The notes under the pieces were generated by a model. It saw only the letters and a list, made by a program, of their open reading frames with translations. It did no database searches and was not told where the DNA came from. A stretch of DNA of 64,000 nucleotides, taken from Anaerolineae bacterium (GTDB taxonomy: Bacteria; Chloroflexota; Anaerolineae; Anaerolineales; E44-bin32). The stretch lies in assembly GCA_030605795.1 (NCBI GenBank), contig JAUWHR010000010.1, forward strand, positions 818 to 64,817. Direction: 5' to 3'. Position 1 is the first letter of the stretch. Every line of letters begins with the position of its first letter. Below are positions 9,458 to 19,060 of this stretch, piece after piece. The translations under genes and the position numbers were made by a program.

Positions 9458-10006
9458 CTACATATCTGGAGAACGTACATATTGCAGCAGTTCCTCCAAC
9501 TCATTTGGACTAATATACCTTTGTGCTTCAAGATCGAATGAATTTCGCTTGTATTTAGCAACATACTCACCGAGGCTACGCTCACGCTGCTGAGGTACCA
9601 TAGTTAATAACCAGCGGATAATCTGTGTTAATAGACAAAGGCGATGTGCGACGACCTCCTCTCCTAACACATGACGACTTTTATAATACCAATCACGGCT
9701 CTCACGAGCTGACCCCAGCGTGTATTCATAGAAAAGTGCCCTTCCCTTACCCATACCACGAGAATAGCCTTCAGCAATAGTCGCACTGATAGATCCCAGA
9801 GCTCGGTATAGTTGATCAGTTAAACCATGTATCCTATTATCCTGCATCATTTTTGTAATATCGTACCAACCCAGTTCTGTAACAAACAACGCCAAACGGT
9901 AGTCTTCAACCTTCCACAAAGAATCACCAGTTATCACCTCAGGAACAGTCTTCACCCATTCCTCATAATTCCCTTCACCCCTCCCTTCATGCCTCACTCT
10001 CCACAT
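9458..10006 (-). CDS. Four-helix-bundle protein (23S rRNA intervening-sequence protein / Avd-like family)
   Basis: Core motif LYRALGSISATIAEGYSRG....ALFYEYTLGSARESRDWY matches the family signature (RA..SI..NIAEG ... GS..E). The start is uncertain: ATG 10006 overlaps the hyuA end by 20 nt, and GTG 9955 has GAGGA upstream. The sequence is visibly more AT-rich than the flanking hyu genes. Confidence 0.75.
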   Translation of the reverse strand: MWRVRHEGRGEGNYEEWVKTVPEVITGDSLWKVEDYRLALFVTELGWYDITKMMQDNRIHGLTDQLYRALGSISATIAEGYSRGMGKGRALFYEYTLGSARESRDWYYKSRHVLGEEVVAHRLCLLTQIIRWLLTMVPQQRERSLGEYVAKYKRNSFDLEAQRYISPNELEELLQYVRSPDM

Positions 10007-11990
10007 CAACAACCAAGTTAAAATACTCATCAACATTGGCCCGACTCCCCTCAGGCAGGTAGACCGTCGTGTCCTTGTAGACGATCATTGCTGGACCAGC
10101 GAGGGCCTGGCCTGGTTGAAGGTATTCACCCTTGTAAAAGGGTTCATGGGCGAATCCTCCATCACCTTGCACAAAAGCACGACGACCGATGAAGGCTTGG
10201 GACGGATCCTCTGCTCCCAACGGAGAGCGTGGGAGAGCCGGTCGCAAGACACCTCCGACAGCACGGAGCCTGATATTAACGATCTCTACTGGCGACCCAG
10301 GCGCGCTGTGCCCATATGTCCGCTGATGCAGAGTGTGGAAAACGTGTACAAAATCTGGTGTTAGTGGCAAAGTGAGCTCATACCCCTGACCCACATAGCG
10401 CATGTCGAGTTCTCGATGCAGTGTGATTCGATCCACAGATACACCCTCTCGCTGTACATCCCGGTAACCTCGATCTGCTAGTGGATCGAGCAGCTGTTCT
10501 AACTGTTCGAACGGTGTATCCCCTGGCATCATCACTGTTTGAACGTAATCCTTAATCACGTCAGCGGTTAGCATTCCAAAGGCCGACAGAGTCGATGCGC
10601 ATGGTGGAATCAGCACATTCGGCATCCCCAAGGCTCGGGCAAGGTCAACTGCATGCAACCCACCCGCGCCACCGAAAGAGACAAGTGTGAAATCCCATGG
10701 ATCATGACCTCGCTCCACGGAGATCACTCGCAACGCGCGTTCCATATGCGCATTAACGATCTGGATCACACCCAATGCAGCGGTTTGAGCCCCAGTCAGG
10801 TCCGACCGAGGTGTCAAACCCGCATTTCGAGCCAACGACTCCAGTGTTTCCTCAGCGGCTTGAATGTCAAGCGCCATTCGACCACCGAGAAAGTAGTCAG
10901 GCGCAAGACGACCAAGAAGCAGATTGGCATCGGTCACTGTGGGCTCCATACCGCCTCTACCGTAGCAGGCAGGTCCAGGATCAGCGCCAGCGCTCCGAGG
11001 TCCGACGCGCAACCCACCACCGGCGTCGACATAGGCGATGGAGCCACCTCCAGAACCAATTGTGTGAATATCGATCACCGGGACGCGAATTGGTAAGCCA
11101 TCGATCTCTGCCTCGTTCGTGACCCGGATCGCTCCGTCGCAAAGGGAGACATCGGTCGAGGTGCCTCCCATATCGAAACTGATTATCTGTTCGAAGCCAG
11201 CTGCCTGCGCAACGTGAAATGCACCCACGACACCTCCAGCAGGTCCCGATAATATGGACCTCACCGCACCTGCCCGGGCTTCAGCGGCGCGAATACTCCC
11301 CCCATTGGATTGCATGATATGAAAGTCAGCGACCTTCAATCCTTCTTCGAGTTGTCGTAAATAGCGATCAACTATAGGCGATACATAGGCGTTGATGACG
11401 GTTGTGCTGGTTCGCTCGTATTCCCGGAACTCAGGTAGTACTTCACATGAGGGCGAGACGGTGAAGCCGGCCTGGCGCAAAGCCCGGGTAATAATCTGTT
11501 CATGATCAGGATGCATGAATGAGAACAACAAGCATACTGCAATAGACTCGACATCCATAATCCGCAGCTTGTCGATCAATATGGATATCTCATCTTTATT
11601 TAATGGCGTAAGTACTCGACCACGGTGATCGACGCGCTCTGTTATCTCCAGACGCCCTTCATCCGGCACCAATGGCTGAGGTCGGGTATTACAGAAATCA
11701 TACAAGTCACGGCGGACCTGTCTACCGATAGCGAGCACATCCCGAAAACCACGGGTAGAAATGAGTGCGGTGCGTGCACCTTTCCTCTCCAGGATCGCGT
11801 TAGTGGCTACTGTTGAACCGTGGACAATATATGGTTGAGTCGCTGGATGCATCCTCTCCATCTCAGTGAGCAAAGCATGAGCGGGATCTTGGGGTGTCGA
11901 TAGGAATTTATCAGTTTTAAATATGCCTGACTGCTCATCGAATGTCACAAAATCAGTAAAAGTGCCGCCAATATCGATGCCTATGCGCAT
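9987..11990 (-). CDS. Hydantoinase A / 5-oxoprolinase family, A subunit
   Basis: 667 aa. Starts MRIGIDIGGTFTDFV (ASKHA-fold ATPase start typical of HyuA) and carries SFDMGGTSTDV. Confidence 0.9.
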   Translation of the reverse strand: MRIGIDIGGTFTDFVTFDEQSGIFKTDKFLSTPQDPAHALLTEMERMHPATQPYIVHGSTVATNAILERKGARTALISTRGFRDVLAIGRQVRRDLYDFCNTRPQPLVPDEGRLEITERVDHRGRVLTPLNKDEISILIDKLRIMDVESIAVCLLFSFMHPDHEQIITRALRQAGFTVSPSCEVLPEFREYERTSTTVINAYVSPIVDRYLRQLEEGLKVADFHIMQSNGGSIRAAEARAGAVRSILSGPAGGVVGAFHVAQAAGFEQIISFDMGGTSTDVSLCDGAIRVTNEAEIDGLPIRVPVIDIHTIGSGGGSIAYVDAGGGLRVGPRSAGADPGPACYGRGGMEPTVTDANLLLGRLAPDYFLGGRMALDIQAAEETLESLARNAGLTPRSDLTGAQTAALGVIQIVNAHMERALRVISVERGHDPWDFTLVSFGGAGGLHAVDLARALGMPNVLIPPCASTLSAFGMLTADVIKDYVQTVMMPGDTPFEQLEQLLDPLADRGYRDVQREGVSVDRITLHRELDMRYVGQGYELTLPLTPDFVHVFHTLHQRTYGHSAPGSPVEIVNIRLRAVGGVLRPALPRSPLGAEDPSQAFIGRRAFVQGDGGFAHEPFYKGEYLQPGQALAGPAMIVYKDTTVYLPEGSRANVDEYFNLVVDVESEA

Positions 11991-12237
11991 TGTTCTTCCT
12001 CAAGACAGTAATTCCTGCTGATTCGGTTAACGAATTCGCGCTCCTACCACCCATATATAGGATCACAGCTCAGGTCTTCTCAGATCTGCTTTCAATCACC
12101 AAACTCTGATGGTCCGGCAGTTCATGACATCATACACCACATATGCCGCACTCAAAAATGTCCTTGCACTCTGTACTTCATTGCGCAGATAGTAAACATG
12201 ACTAAAATATCCTTACGCTTGAATATGGGATCGCTCT

Positions 12238-13260
12238 ATGTGGAAATGCCCTCATTGCGACAAGGAGATTCAGGAAGAAGCGATCTTCTGTCGCCACTGC
12301 CGACGTGATGTCGAACCACCACTTTGGCTGGCGGACATGCAGAGATGTCCTTTCTGCGCTGAGTGGATCGAGGTCGAAACCAATATCTGCCAGTTTTGTG
12401 ATAAGAACCTATCGGTCAAACCAACATCCAAGATCCCCCCTTTCATACAAGAACCATCGCCCGACTTTGTTTCCGACCTACGCGACCAGGTCTTGATGCC
12501 TGATACTCCACCAGTGAAACCGCCACCCAAACCCCGACGCTCACCTCCAAGACCTTCCCCGGATATTCTAGAGGAAACCGTTCCGTTTCCAGCGGGTATG
12601 TCACCAACAGACGATGGGGGAACATCCCTACGCAGGAATCTCCTGGATGAGCCGCAAATATTCAGGGGCTTGGGAGGTATCAGCACCAGCCAGATCGATA
12701 CCGAAAAGGATGGAAAAGGTTTGCTGAACGTGTTGCCTTCCCTAATACGACGGACGCTCCCCGTTATTCTCGGAGGAGCCGTCGTCGTCGCAATCGTCGC
12801 TCTGGTAATGGGACCTGGTAAAGATTTCATAAACCAAATGCTCACCTCAGCCCCTACCAACACACCTCAACCCCTACCCTCTCCCACTACATCCGTTGCG
12901 CTTACCGTCACTCCTCGAGCCGAGGTCACCGATACCCCCCACATCGTCGCAGCACCTACAGCAACTCCATCCTGCGTTCTCTGGGACCAGGTCAGCTTGG
13001 AAGACGCCGACACTGTCATTTGCGTCTATGGTGAAGTCAAACGATGGTACTCCGATGCTGGTATCGATTTTATCGCCCTGTTTAGTGAAGAGAAGGGGAC
13101 CTTTATTTTCGTTGACCACACGAGATCTTACCCTGAGGTGAAACCGGGAACCTGCATCATAGCTGAGGGATACATCGAAGTAATGGGGGGCGTGCGACCT
13201 TTTATTGACCTTGCCGGTACTTTAGAGTTCTGCTCAGAAGACATAGAGGTTACCCCATAA
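12238..13260 (+). CDS. Double zinc-ribbon membrane protein with Pro-rich linker
   Basis: Two CxxC...CxxC ribbons (CPHCDKE..CRHCRRD; CPFCAEW..CQFCDK), a PPVKPPPKPRRSPPRP linker, one TM helix (VILGGAVVVAIVALVM) and an extracytoplasmic C-terminal domain. Confidence 0.6.
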   Translation: MWKCPHCDKEIQEEAIFCRHCRRDVEPPLWLADMQRCPFCAEWIEVETNICQFCDKNLSVKPTSKIPPFIQEPSPDFVSDLRDQVLMPDTPPVKPPPKPRRSPPRPSPDILEETVPFPAGMSPTDDGGTSLRRNLLDEPQIFRGLGGISTSQIDTEKDGKGLLNVLPSLIRRTLPVILGGAVVVAIVALVMGPGKDFINQMLTSAPTNTPQPLPSPTTSVALTVTPRAEVTDTPHIVAAPTATPSCVLWDQVSLEDADTVICVYGEVKRWYSDAGIDFIALFSEEKGTFIFVDHTRSYPEVKPGTCIIAEGYIEVMGGVRPFIDLAGTLEFCSEDIEVTP

Positions 13261-13276
13261 CGGAGATCCTTCCCAC

Positions 13277-13501
13277 TTAGCTTTCCTTATCCTCTTCTGA
13301 CCAACCTTCGAGAAACTCTCTAAATACTTCAAGCCGACCTTCTAACTCCTCATCCTCGATAGGTTCTTCCAGCATGGGTGGAGTGCTCCGTACTTGGCCC
13401 TCCCATCTTTGACGCATGAATTCAGTGAATTTATCCAACCCACTGGATAACTTAAGTATCAGGAACACAACCGCTAGGAGAAATGCCACGTATGGCAACA
13501 T
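13277..13501 (-). CDS. Small membrane protein (hypothetical)
   Basis: 74-aa ORF with an N-terminal TM helix followed by an acidic tail. No family recognised. Confidence 0.4.
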   Translation of the reverse strand: MLPYVAFLLAVVFLILKLSSGLDKFTEFMRQRWEGQVRSTPPMLEEPIEDEELEGRLEVFREFLEGWSEEDKES

Positions 13502-13540
13502 TTAAGACCTCCACCCAATTAAAGTTCCAGTTATAAATAT

Positions 13541-13599
13541 TACTCCACTGAAAAAAGGTCAACCGCGAGAAGAGGAGAGGTAGTTTTTTCAGTGCGCTT
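13541..13599 (-). repeat. Family-C element, short variant lacking the GC hairpin core (copy C3)
   Basis: tactccactgaaaaaaggtcaaccgcgagaag-aggagag-gtagttttttcagtgcgct. Both family-C termini are retained and the ~60-nt central hairpin is absent. Flanked by the direct repeat (t)aaatat on both sides. Confidence 0.75.
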
Positions 13600-13783
13600 A
13601 AATATCAACTAGCACCTCCACTCACCCATCCTATTATATATCGCACATAATAACACCAAAGATTACAACGATTGCAACGGTTGATCTTCAATCATTATTT
13701 CTCCTAACTTCACATTGGATGGACGATAGACTGTAAGTATCACCAGATGACAGCTCCAATTCACTGGCATTATCCACTTACTA

Positions 13784-15049
13784 CTAAGCTAACTTTTTCC
13801 CTTGCAAACTTGAATAGAGGTCGAGTATCTGTTCGACGATCTCACTCCAAGCATAAGCTTTCGCATACTTGGCTGCCTGATTCCCCAGCTTCGCCCTTAG
13901 GACGTCATCCTGGATGATAACCCGGAGCCGTTCAGCCAACGCTTTTGGATCAGCTGTCGGTACGTGAAAACCTGTCTCACCGTCTCGAACCAGAAACGCT
14001 AAACCTCCCGTCTCTGAAGCTACGACGGGAGTTCCACAGGCCATCGCCTCCAGAGCTACCAAACCGAAGGATTCATAATGGGAGGGCACAACGACCACCT
14101 CAGCCGCGGAGTAGTAATACTGGAGTGTGTCTTGATCTCGTTTGCCAAGGAAGGTGATCAGATCCAAGATTCCAAGTGACTTACGTAGCGATTGTAAACG
14201 CTCCATCTCGGCGGTCATCTGTTCCTGGCTAACTTGAGGATCCCCACCTATTATGGCCAGACAGAAGGGATGCTCATCCAATACTCCCTCTCCATGCAGG
14301 ATTCCGACCGCCTCAATCAATGTATCGACGCCTTTCAATGGCTCGATGCGGCCGACAAAGAGCAGCATTCGGTCATGACAAGGCACGCCAATAAATTCTT
14401 TCGCCTCGTCCTTCAGAATCGGATAAAAGTGACTTGTGTCTACACCGGGCGGGACGACTACCACACGGCTGATGTCTTCCCGGTACAACCATTGTATCTG
14501 TGCCACCTCCGCTGGTGTAGCAGCTACTACTCGATCTGCCTCCCGCAACAGACGGCCTTCCGTTTCCAAACGCAGGCTTGAAGATTCCTCCTCTTTGCTG
14601 CGCGCCACCCGGTTCTTCATCACCGCCAATGTGTGGAACATCTGTATCAGTGGGATATTCCAGGCTTGTCGTAAAGCCAAACCAACCAGACCCGAAAGCC
14701 AGTAATGGCTGTGGATTAGATCGTATTCAAATCCTTTCGTCTCGGCGAAATTCAGAACCCCTTCGGTAAAGATATCGATATACTCAGCCAGGTGGGGTTT
14801 GCTCATTGGGGTTTCCGGTCCAGCCGGGACGTGTACAACTCGGTTTCCATAACCCAGGTTGTGAACTACACGAGGTACATGCTCGTCCTGTGATCGGGTA
14901 AAGACATCCACGCCCACGCCACGTCGACCGAGTTCACGGGTCAAATCGCGCACATAAACATTCATCCCCCCGGTGTCCTTACCCCCTAAGGTTGCCAAAG
15001 GGCACGTATGGTAGGAGAGCATCGCGATTCGCATGATTGTATTATCCAT
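13784..15049 (-). CDS. GT4-family glycosyltransferase (MshA-like N-terminus)
   Basis: MRIAMLSYHTCPLATLGGKDTGGMNVYVRDL resembles the MshA-type start. C-terminal E-x7-E region ESFGLVALEAMACGTPVVASETGG. Confidence 0.85.
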   Translation of the reverse strand: MDNTIMRIAMLSYHTCPLATLGGKDTGGMNVYVRDLTRELGRRGVGVDVFTRSQDEHVPRVVHNLGYGNRVVHVPAGPETPMSKPHLAEYIDIFTEGVLNFAETKGFEYDLIHSHYWLSGLVGLALRQAWNIPLIQMFHTLAVMKNRVARSKEEESSSLRLETEGRLLREADRVVAATPAEVAQIQWLYREDISRVVVVPPGVDTSHFYPILKDEAKEFIGVPCHDRMLLFVGRIEPLKGVDTLIEAVGILHGEGVLDEHPFCLAIIGGDPQVSQEQMTAEMERLQSLRKSLGILDLITFLGKRDQDTLQYYYSAAEVVVVPSHYESFGLVALEAMACGTPVVASETGGLAFLVRDGETGFHVPTADPKALAERLRVIIQDDVLRAKLGNQAAKYAKAYAWSEIVEQILDLYSSLQGKKLA

Positions 15050-15102
15050 CAGCCCCTTCTTCTTGCCAAGGATTCTAACCGGCTGGTATAATCCCTTGCG
15101 AT

Positions 15103-15175
15103 GCCAGCGTAGCTCAGTCGGCAGAGCAATCGCTTCGTAAGCGATGGGTCGGGGGTTCGAGTCCCCCCGCTGGCT
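15103..15175 (+). tRNA. tRNA-Thr (anticodon CGU)
   Basis: Hand-folded cloverleaf. Acceptor GCCAGCG/CGCTGGC, D arm GCTC-AGTCGGC-AGAGC, anticodon stem ATCGC/GCGAT with loop TTCGTAA, T arm GGGGG-TTCGAGT-CCCCC. No encoded CCA. Confidence 0.9.
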
Positions 15176-15231
15176 TGGAGCGCTCCGATATGGGCGCTTT
15201 TCCTTTCATCCTGAGTGGGTATAATGAAAGT

Positions 15232-15864
15232 ATGGTCAAGCGCCTTTCACCGATTGTGATCGGCATCGCCGGGGGCACCGGCTCTGGCAAGACAACCGTT
15301 GCCAACGTGATCCTTGATCGGGTCGGTGCAGACAAGATCGCCTTCCTGGCTCACGATGCCTACTACAAAGACCTCGATCATCTACCACGCGCCCAACGTG
15401 ATATGATCAATTTCGACCACCCCGATTCTCTCGAAACAACGCTTTTTGTTGAGCACATCAAGAAGCTTAACCAATGGCAAACGGTGGAAGTTCCGATTTA
15501 CGACTTCACCACACACGCCCGCACAGAACATACAACGCGTGTTGAACCTCGGCCAGTGATTCTGGTAGAGGGTATTCTGATCTTCGCCGAGCCCGCGCTA
15601 CGTAAGCTGTTCGATGTCAAGATATTTGTCGACACGCCAGCCGACATCCGATTCATCCGCCGCCTGCAGCGCGACATTGACGAGCGAAGTCGCACGGTCG
15701 AATCGGTAATCGTACAGTATCAAACCACCGTACGCCCGATGCATCTGGAGTTCGTTGAACCTTCTAAGCGTTATGCGGATGTAATCATACCCGAAGGTGG
15801 GTTCAACACTGTAGCGATGGACATGGTCGTGGCTCGCACGGAAGAATTACTGGCCCAGCGCTAG
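15232..15864 (+). CDS. udk: Uridine kinase
   Basis: P-loop VIGIAGGTGSGKTT, then FDHPDS and RRLQRDI motifs. ATG 15232 is preferred because the track ORF start (15175) would overlap the tRNA. Confidence 0.9.
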   Translation: MVKRLSPIVIGIAGGTGSGKTTVANVILDRVGADKIAFLAHDAYYKDLDHLPRAQRDMINFDHPDSLETTLFVEHIKKLNQWQTVEVPIYDFTTHARTEHTTRVEPRPVILVEGILIFAEPALRKLFDVKIFVDTPADIRFIRRLQRDIDERSRTVESVIVQYQTTVRPMHLEFVEPSKRYADVIIPEGGFNTVAMDMVVARTEELLAQR

Positions 15865-15902
15865 AGCTATGACCTCCCGCTATCAACCTATAAGGAGAAA
15901 CC

Positions 15903-16415
15903 ATGCCTGCCAAGCAATATCCATCATCGCCACCGATGGTGATTGACCAGACAAAAAGTTACACAGCAACCATTAAAACAGATCTTGGTGATATCTCAAT
16001 TGATCTGCATGCAGATAAAGCGCCTCGGACGGTGAACAATTTCGTCTTCCTGGCGAAGGATGGTTTCTACAACGGTTTAATTTTCCATCGGGTGATGGCC
16101 GACTTCATGGTTCAGGGCGGCGACCCCACCGGCACCGGTCGCGGTGGCCCAGGTTATCAATTCGACGACGAATTTCACCCCCATCTTCGCCATGACGGAC
16201 CAGGCGTGCTCTCGATGGCCAATGCAGGCCCAAACACAAATGGCTCCCAATTCTTCATCACCCACGTTGCCACACCTTGGTTGGATGATCGCCATTCAGT
16301 GTTCGGAAAGGTCGTAGATGGGATTGACGTTTTATTGTCTATCCCCCCACGCGATCCTAACGACCCACATCCACCGGCTATAGCGATCCAGGCAGTCGAG
16401 ATCACCGAGACATGA
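15903..16415 (+). CDS. Peptidyl-prolyl cis-trans isomerase, cyclophilin type
   Basis: [25 protein letters not shown] ... [17 protein letters not shown], the canonical cyclophilin signature. Confidence 0.92.
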   Translation: MPAKQYPSSPPMVIDQTKSYTATIKTDLGDISIDLHADKAPRTVNNFVFLAKDGFYNGLIFHRVMADFMVQGGDPTGTGRGGPGYQFDDEFHPHLRHDGPGVLSMANAGPNTNGSQFFITHVATPWLDDRHSVFGKVVDGIDVLLSIPPRDPNDPHPPAIAIQAVEITET

Positions 16416-16984
16416 GCGATCGACCCTGGCTATCCGGTTGGCGATTGACCCTGACCCGGGTCTTTTCGTTAGTAGCGGTCATCGCCATTACGATCTATAT
16501 CTTCTCGATCCGCGATCAAGCCGAAAAGCTTGCCGGATATGGATATCCAGGGATTTTTCTCCTATCCATTTTGGCCAACGCGACATTGATCCTGCCAGTT
16601 CCCGGCGTTGCGCTAACCTTCACTCTGGGAGCAGTATTCCACCCATTCTGGGTAGCATTAGCTGCCGGCACTGGCGCTGCTCTGGGTGAGTTGACCGGAT
16701 ACTTGGCAGGTTTCAGCGGTCGAGGAGTTATTGAAAGCAACCCAACCTATAAACGAATCAAGGATTGGACCGCCCATCATGGTGGATGGGCAATCCTGAT
16801 CCTGGCTTTCATACCCAATCCCCTCTTTGATCTGGGGGGTGCTGCGGCAGGAGCTTTGGGTATGCCGGTTCAGGTCTTCCTATTTTGGGCTTGGATTGGC
16901 AAGATATTAAAGATGCTCCTCTTCGCCTACGCCGGCGCGGCTTCCGTCGACTGGTTGTTCAATTTGATGGGCGGCGCACCATAA
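16412..16984 (+). CDS. DedA/VTT (SNARE-associated Golgi protein) family membrane protein
   Basis: 190 aa with 4-5 TM helices. ATGA overlap with the cyclophilin stop. LILPVPG and G.L.GYL.G features resemble the DedA/TVP38 family. Confidence 0.7.
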   Translation: MSDRPWLSGWRLTLTRVFSLVAVIAITIYIFSIRDQAEKLAGYGYPGIFLLSILANATLILPVPGVALTFTLGAVFHPFWVALAAGTGAALGELTGYLAGFSGRGVIESNPTYKRIKDWTAHHGGWAILILAFIPNPLFDLGGAAAGALGMPVQVFLFWAWIGKILKMLLFAYAGAASVDWLFNLMGGAP

Positions 16985-17064
16985 CAGCCTTCAGAATTCC
17001 AACCCCTTTTCTCCCCTTCGGCCTTTTTTCAGTGCAGTCAATCTTGGAATTCATAGGTCAGCAA

Positions 17065-18174
17065 CTATAGTTTGTAGACCTCTCGGCGCAGTGTCACCCG
17101 CTCAAGTGCATCTGAAACAACCTCAACCCCCAAACCAGCGCCGGTCGGCACATCGATCGTGCTGTCGGCGTTAAGTGTGAAACGCGGTTCGGCGATATCC
17201 TCAGCGTAATATCGATCCGATGCCGAGATGTCCCCGGGTAAAGTAAATCCAGGGAGAGACGCCAATGCCAGGTTCGCAGCTCGGCCAATCCCGGTTTCAA
17301 GCATGCCTCCACACCAGACCGGAACGCCGGCCTTATAGCACAGGTCGTGTACCGCCAACCCCTCCAACAACCCGCCCACCCTACCTGACTTGATATTGAC
17401 TACCCGGCAGGCGTCAATCTCCAAAGCCTGGCGGGCGTGACGGGCTGAGATAATGCTCTCATCGAGACATATCGGCGTCTGTAGATGCGCCTGAAGTTGG
17501 CTATGGTCGATGAGATCATCCTCCGCTAGTGGTTGTTCGATAAGCAGAAGCTGTTGATCGTCCAACGATTTGAATACCGCAACATCTTCCAATGTGTAGG
17601 CGGAATTCGCATCTACTTGGAGGGGCAGATCGGGGAAAGATTTTCTCACCGCTTCAACCTCGACCACGTCCCGCCCTGGTTTGATCTTTATCTTAACCCG
17701 CCGGTAACCCGCTTCGATATATTGGCTGACAACGTCAACTAAAACATCAGGATCCTGCTGGATGCCAATCGATACACCAACCGGCACCCGTTCAACCACT
17801 CCACCTAAAATTGCGGCTAGGGACTTTCCTTGAACCTTCGCCAGGAGATCCCACAACGCCATTTCGAGGCCAGCCCGGGCCAGGTTGTGCCCCTTATAAG
17901 CTCCTAGGCGACAGCGGTAATCTTCAATCTCTTCGACCTGACGCCCAAGAACCGCCGGAATAAAAAATTCGGACAATACATGCCACGCCGTCTCGGTTGT
18001 TTCGTAGCTATAACCCGGTGTGCTCCCCGCGGCGCACTCCCCCCAGCCTGTCATCCCCTCACTATCTACTCTGAGGATAAGGCAATCCCGATCAAGCTCC
18101 ACACCGAAGGAGGTCTCAAATGGCGCACATAGCCTCATCCGTACATGCCGTAGTTCAATAACTTCAATCTTCAT
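17065..18174 (-). CDS. Enolase-superfamily enzyme, o-succinylbenzoate synthase / N-acylamino-acid racemase subgroup
   Basis: MKIEVIELRHVRMRLCAPFETSFG start. KIKIKPG, QVDANSAY, LIEQPL and CLDES metal/catalytic motifs are characteristic of MenC/NAAAR. ATG 18174 preferred. Confidence 0.85.
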   Translation of the reverse strand: MKIEVIELRHVRMRLCAPFETSFGVELDRDCLILRVDSEGMTGWGECAAGSTPGYSYETTETAWHVLSEFFIPAVLGRQVEEIEDYRCRLGAYKGHNLARAGLEMALWDLLAKVQGKSLAAILGGVVERVPVGVSIGIQQDPDVLVDVVSQYIEAGYRRVKIKIKPGRDVVEVEAVRKSFPDLPLQVDANSAYTLEDVAVFKSLDDQQLLLIEQPLAEDDLIDHSQLQAHLQTPICLDESIISARHARQALEIDACRVVNIKSGRVGGLLEGLAVHDLCYKAGVPVWCGGMLETGIGRAANLALASLPGFTLPGDISASDRYYAEDIAEPRFTLNADSTIDVPTGAGLGVEVVSDALERVTLRREVYKL

Positions 18175-19057
18175 GCCTAGCCAATGTCCTTTCACCATGA
18201 GCAAGTACATAATACGAGCGCGGGAGTTGCTCGTCCCTGCTGTAAACGAAGTCGGTCACCACGTATCCTGCAGCAAATGCCCCCTCAAATACCTCGCGGG
18301 TGTGCAATCGCCAGGTTTGCGCCAACCCAATGTCCATCTTCTTTATAAGTTGATAATCTGCCGGGGTTTCAACCAACGCCAGATTTCCTTCTGGTGCAAT
18401 CCATCTCTCGACGGGGCGAAGCAGATCTTTATCGCCAAACATTGCCGGATTCAACACCTGAGTGCCGGCGTCGAGATAATTAGTTAGATCGAGCGGACGA
18501 CGTATTCCCTCCAGACGCGAGACCACCCTGGTCGAGGTCACCCACCAATCTACCTGGAAGCGGTCGGATGGCAGATCAACATTTAGGTCGTCTCCCATCG
18601 AACCGTAGGCATCACGAATGTAATCAGAACAAACCGCCCCAAGTCGACGGATGTTGAGGTGAGCATTCAGGCATAAGAGAGGATCATACGTCCAGGTGAT
18701 TAAGCTGATTCCTTGTTGCATTACAGCCGATCGCTGAGCCAGCTTGAGACGATACTCCAAGCCTTGATTGTGATACATTGGTTGGATACCCATCTGGTGA
18801 GAGCAATGTTTTAGGCCCACCATCGCCACTTGATCCATGCCGCCTGTATCTGTCCCTAGGAAACCCAGCATAAAACCGACGACCTTCTCCCCTTCTAGGG
18901 CTCCAATGACAGCACCACCATTGGAGGCGATCGCCATGAGTAGATGGGTTGGGATAATATTGATCATGCTGCTCGGCCAGATCAATCGTTGCAGCTCCTC
19001 AACCTGCTTCATCTCCCCGCTTGTATGGAGAGGACGTATCATGATTTCATCATCCAT
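18164..19057 (-). CDS. GNAT-like acyltransferase (uncharacterised subgroup) coupled to the racemase gene
   Basis: 297 aa. Its stop overlaps the racemase start by 11 nt. The N-terminal half has a GNAT-like pattern (VIGALEGEKVVGFMLGF...). The call is tentative. Confidence 0.5.
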   Translation of the reverse strand: MDDEIMIRPLHTSGEMKQVEELQRLIWPSSMINIIPTHLLMAIASNGGAVIGALEGEKVVGFMLGFLGTDTGGMDQVAMVGLKHCSHQMGIQPMYHNQGLEYRLKLAQRSAVMQQGISLITWTYDPLLCLNAHLNIRRLGAVCSDYIRDAYGSMGDDLNVDLPSDRFQVDWWVTSTRVVSRLEGIRRPLDLTNYLDAGTQVLNPAMFGDKDLLRPVERWIAPEGNLALVETPADYQLIKKMDIGLAQTWRLHTREVFEGAFAAGYVVTDFVYSRDEQLPRSYYVLAHGERTLARHED

Positions 19058-19060
19058 CGA

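Noticed and set aside
9458-10006. The four-helix-bundle gene as the Avd component of a diversity-generating retroelement.
   Set aside because: No reverse-transcriptase ORF and no template/variable repeat pair are visible within several kb. The neighbours are ordinary hydantoinase subunit genes.
7810-11990. Calling the hyuA/hyuB pair acetone or acetophenone carboxylase, or specifically 5-oxoprolinase.
   Set aside because: No gamma-subunit gene is adjacent, and substrate specificity cannot be read from the sequence by eye. The generic family call is kept.
15114-15335. 73-aa minus-strand ORF.
   Set aside because: It runs antisense through the tRNA-Thr gene and the start of udk.
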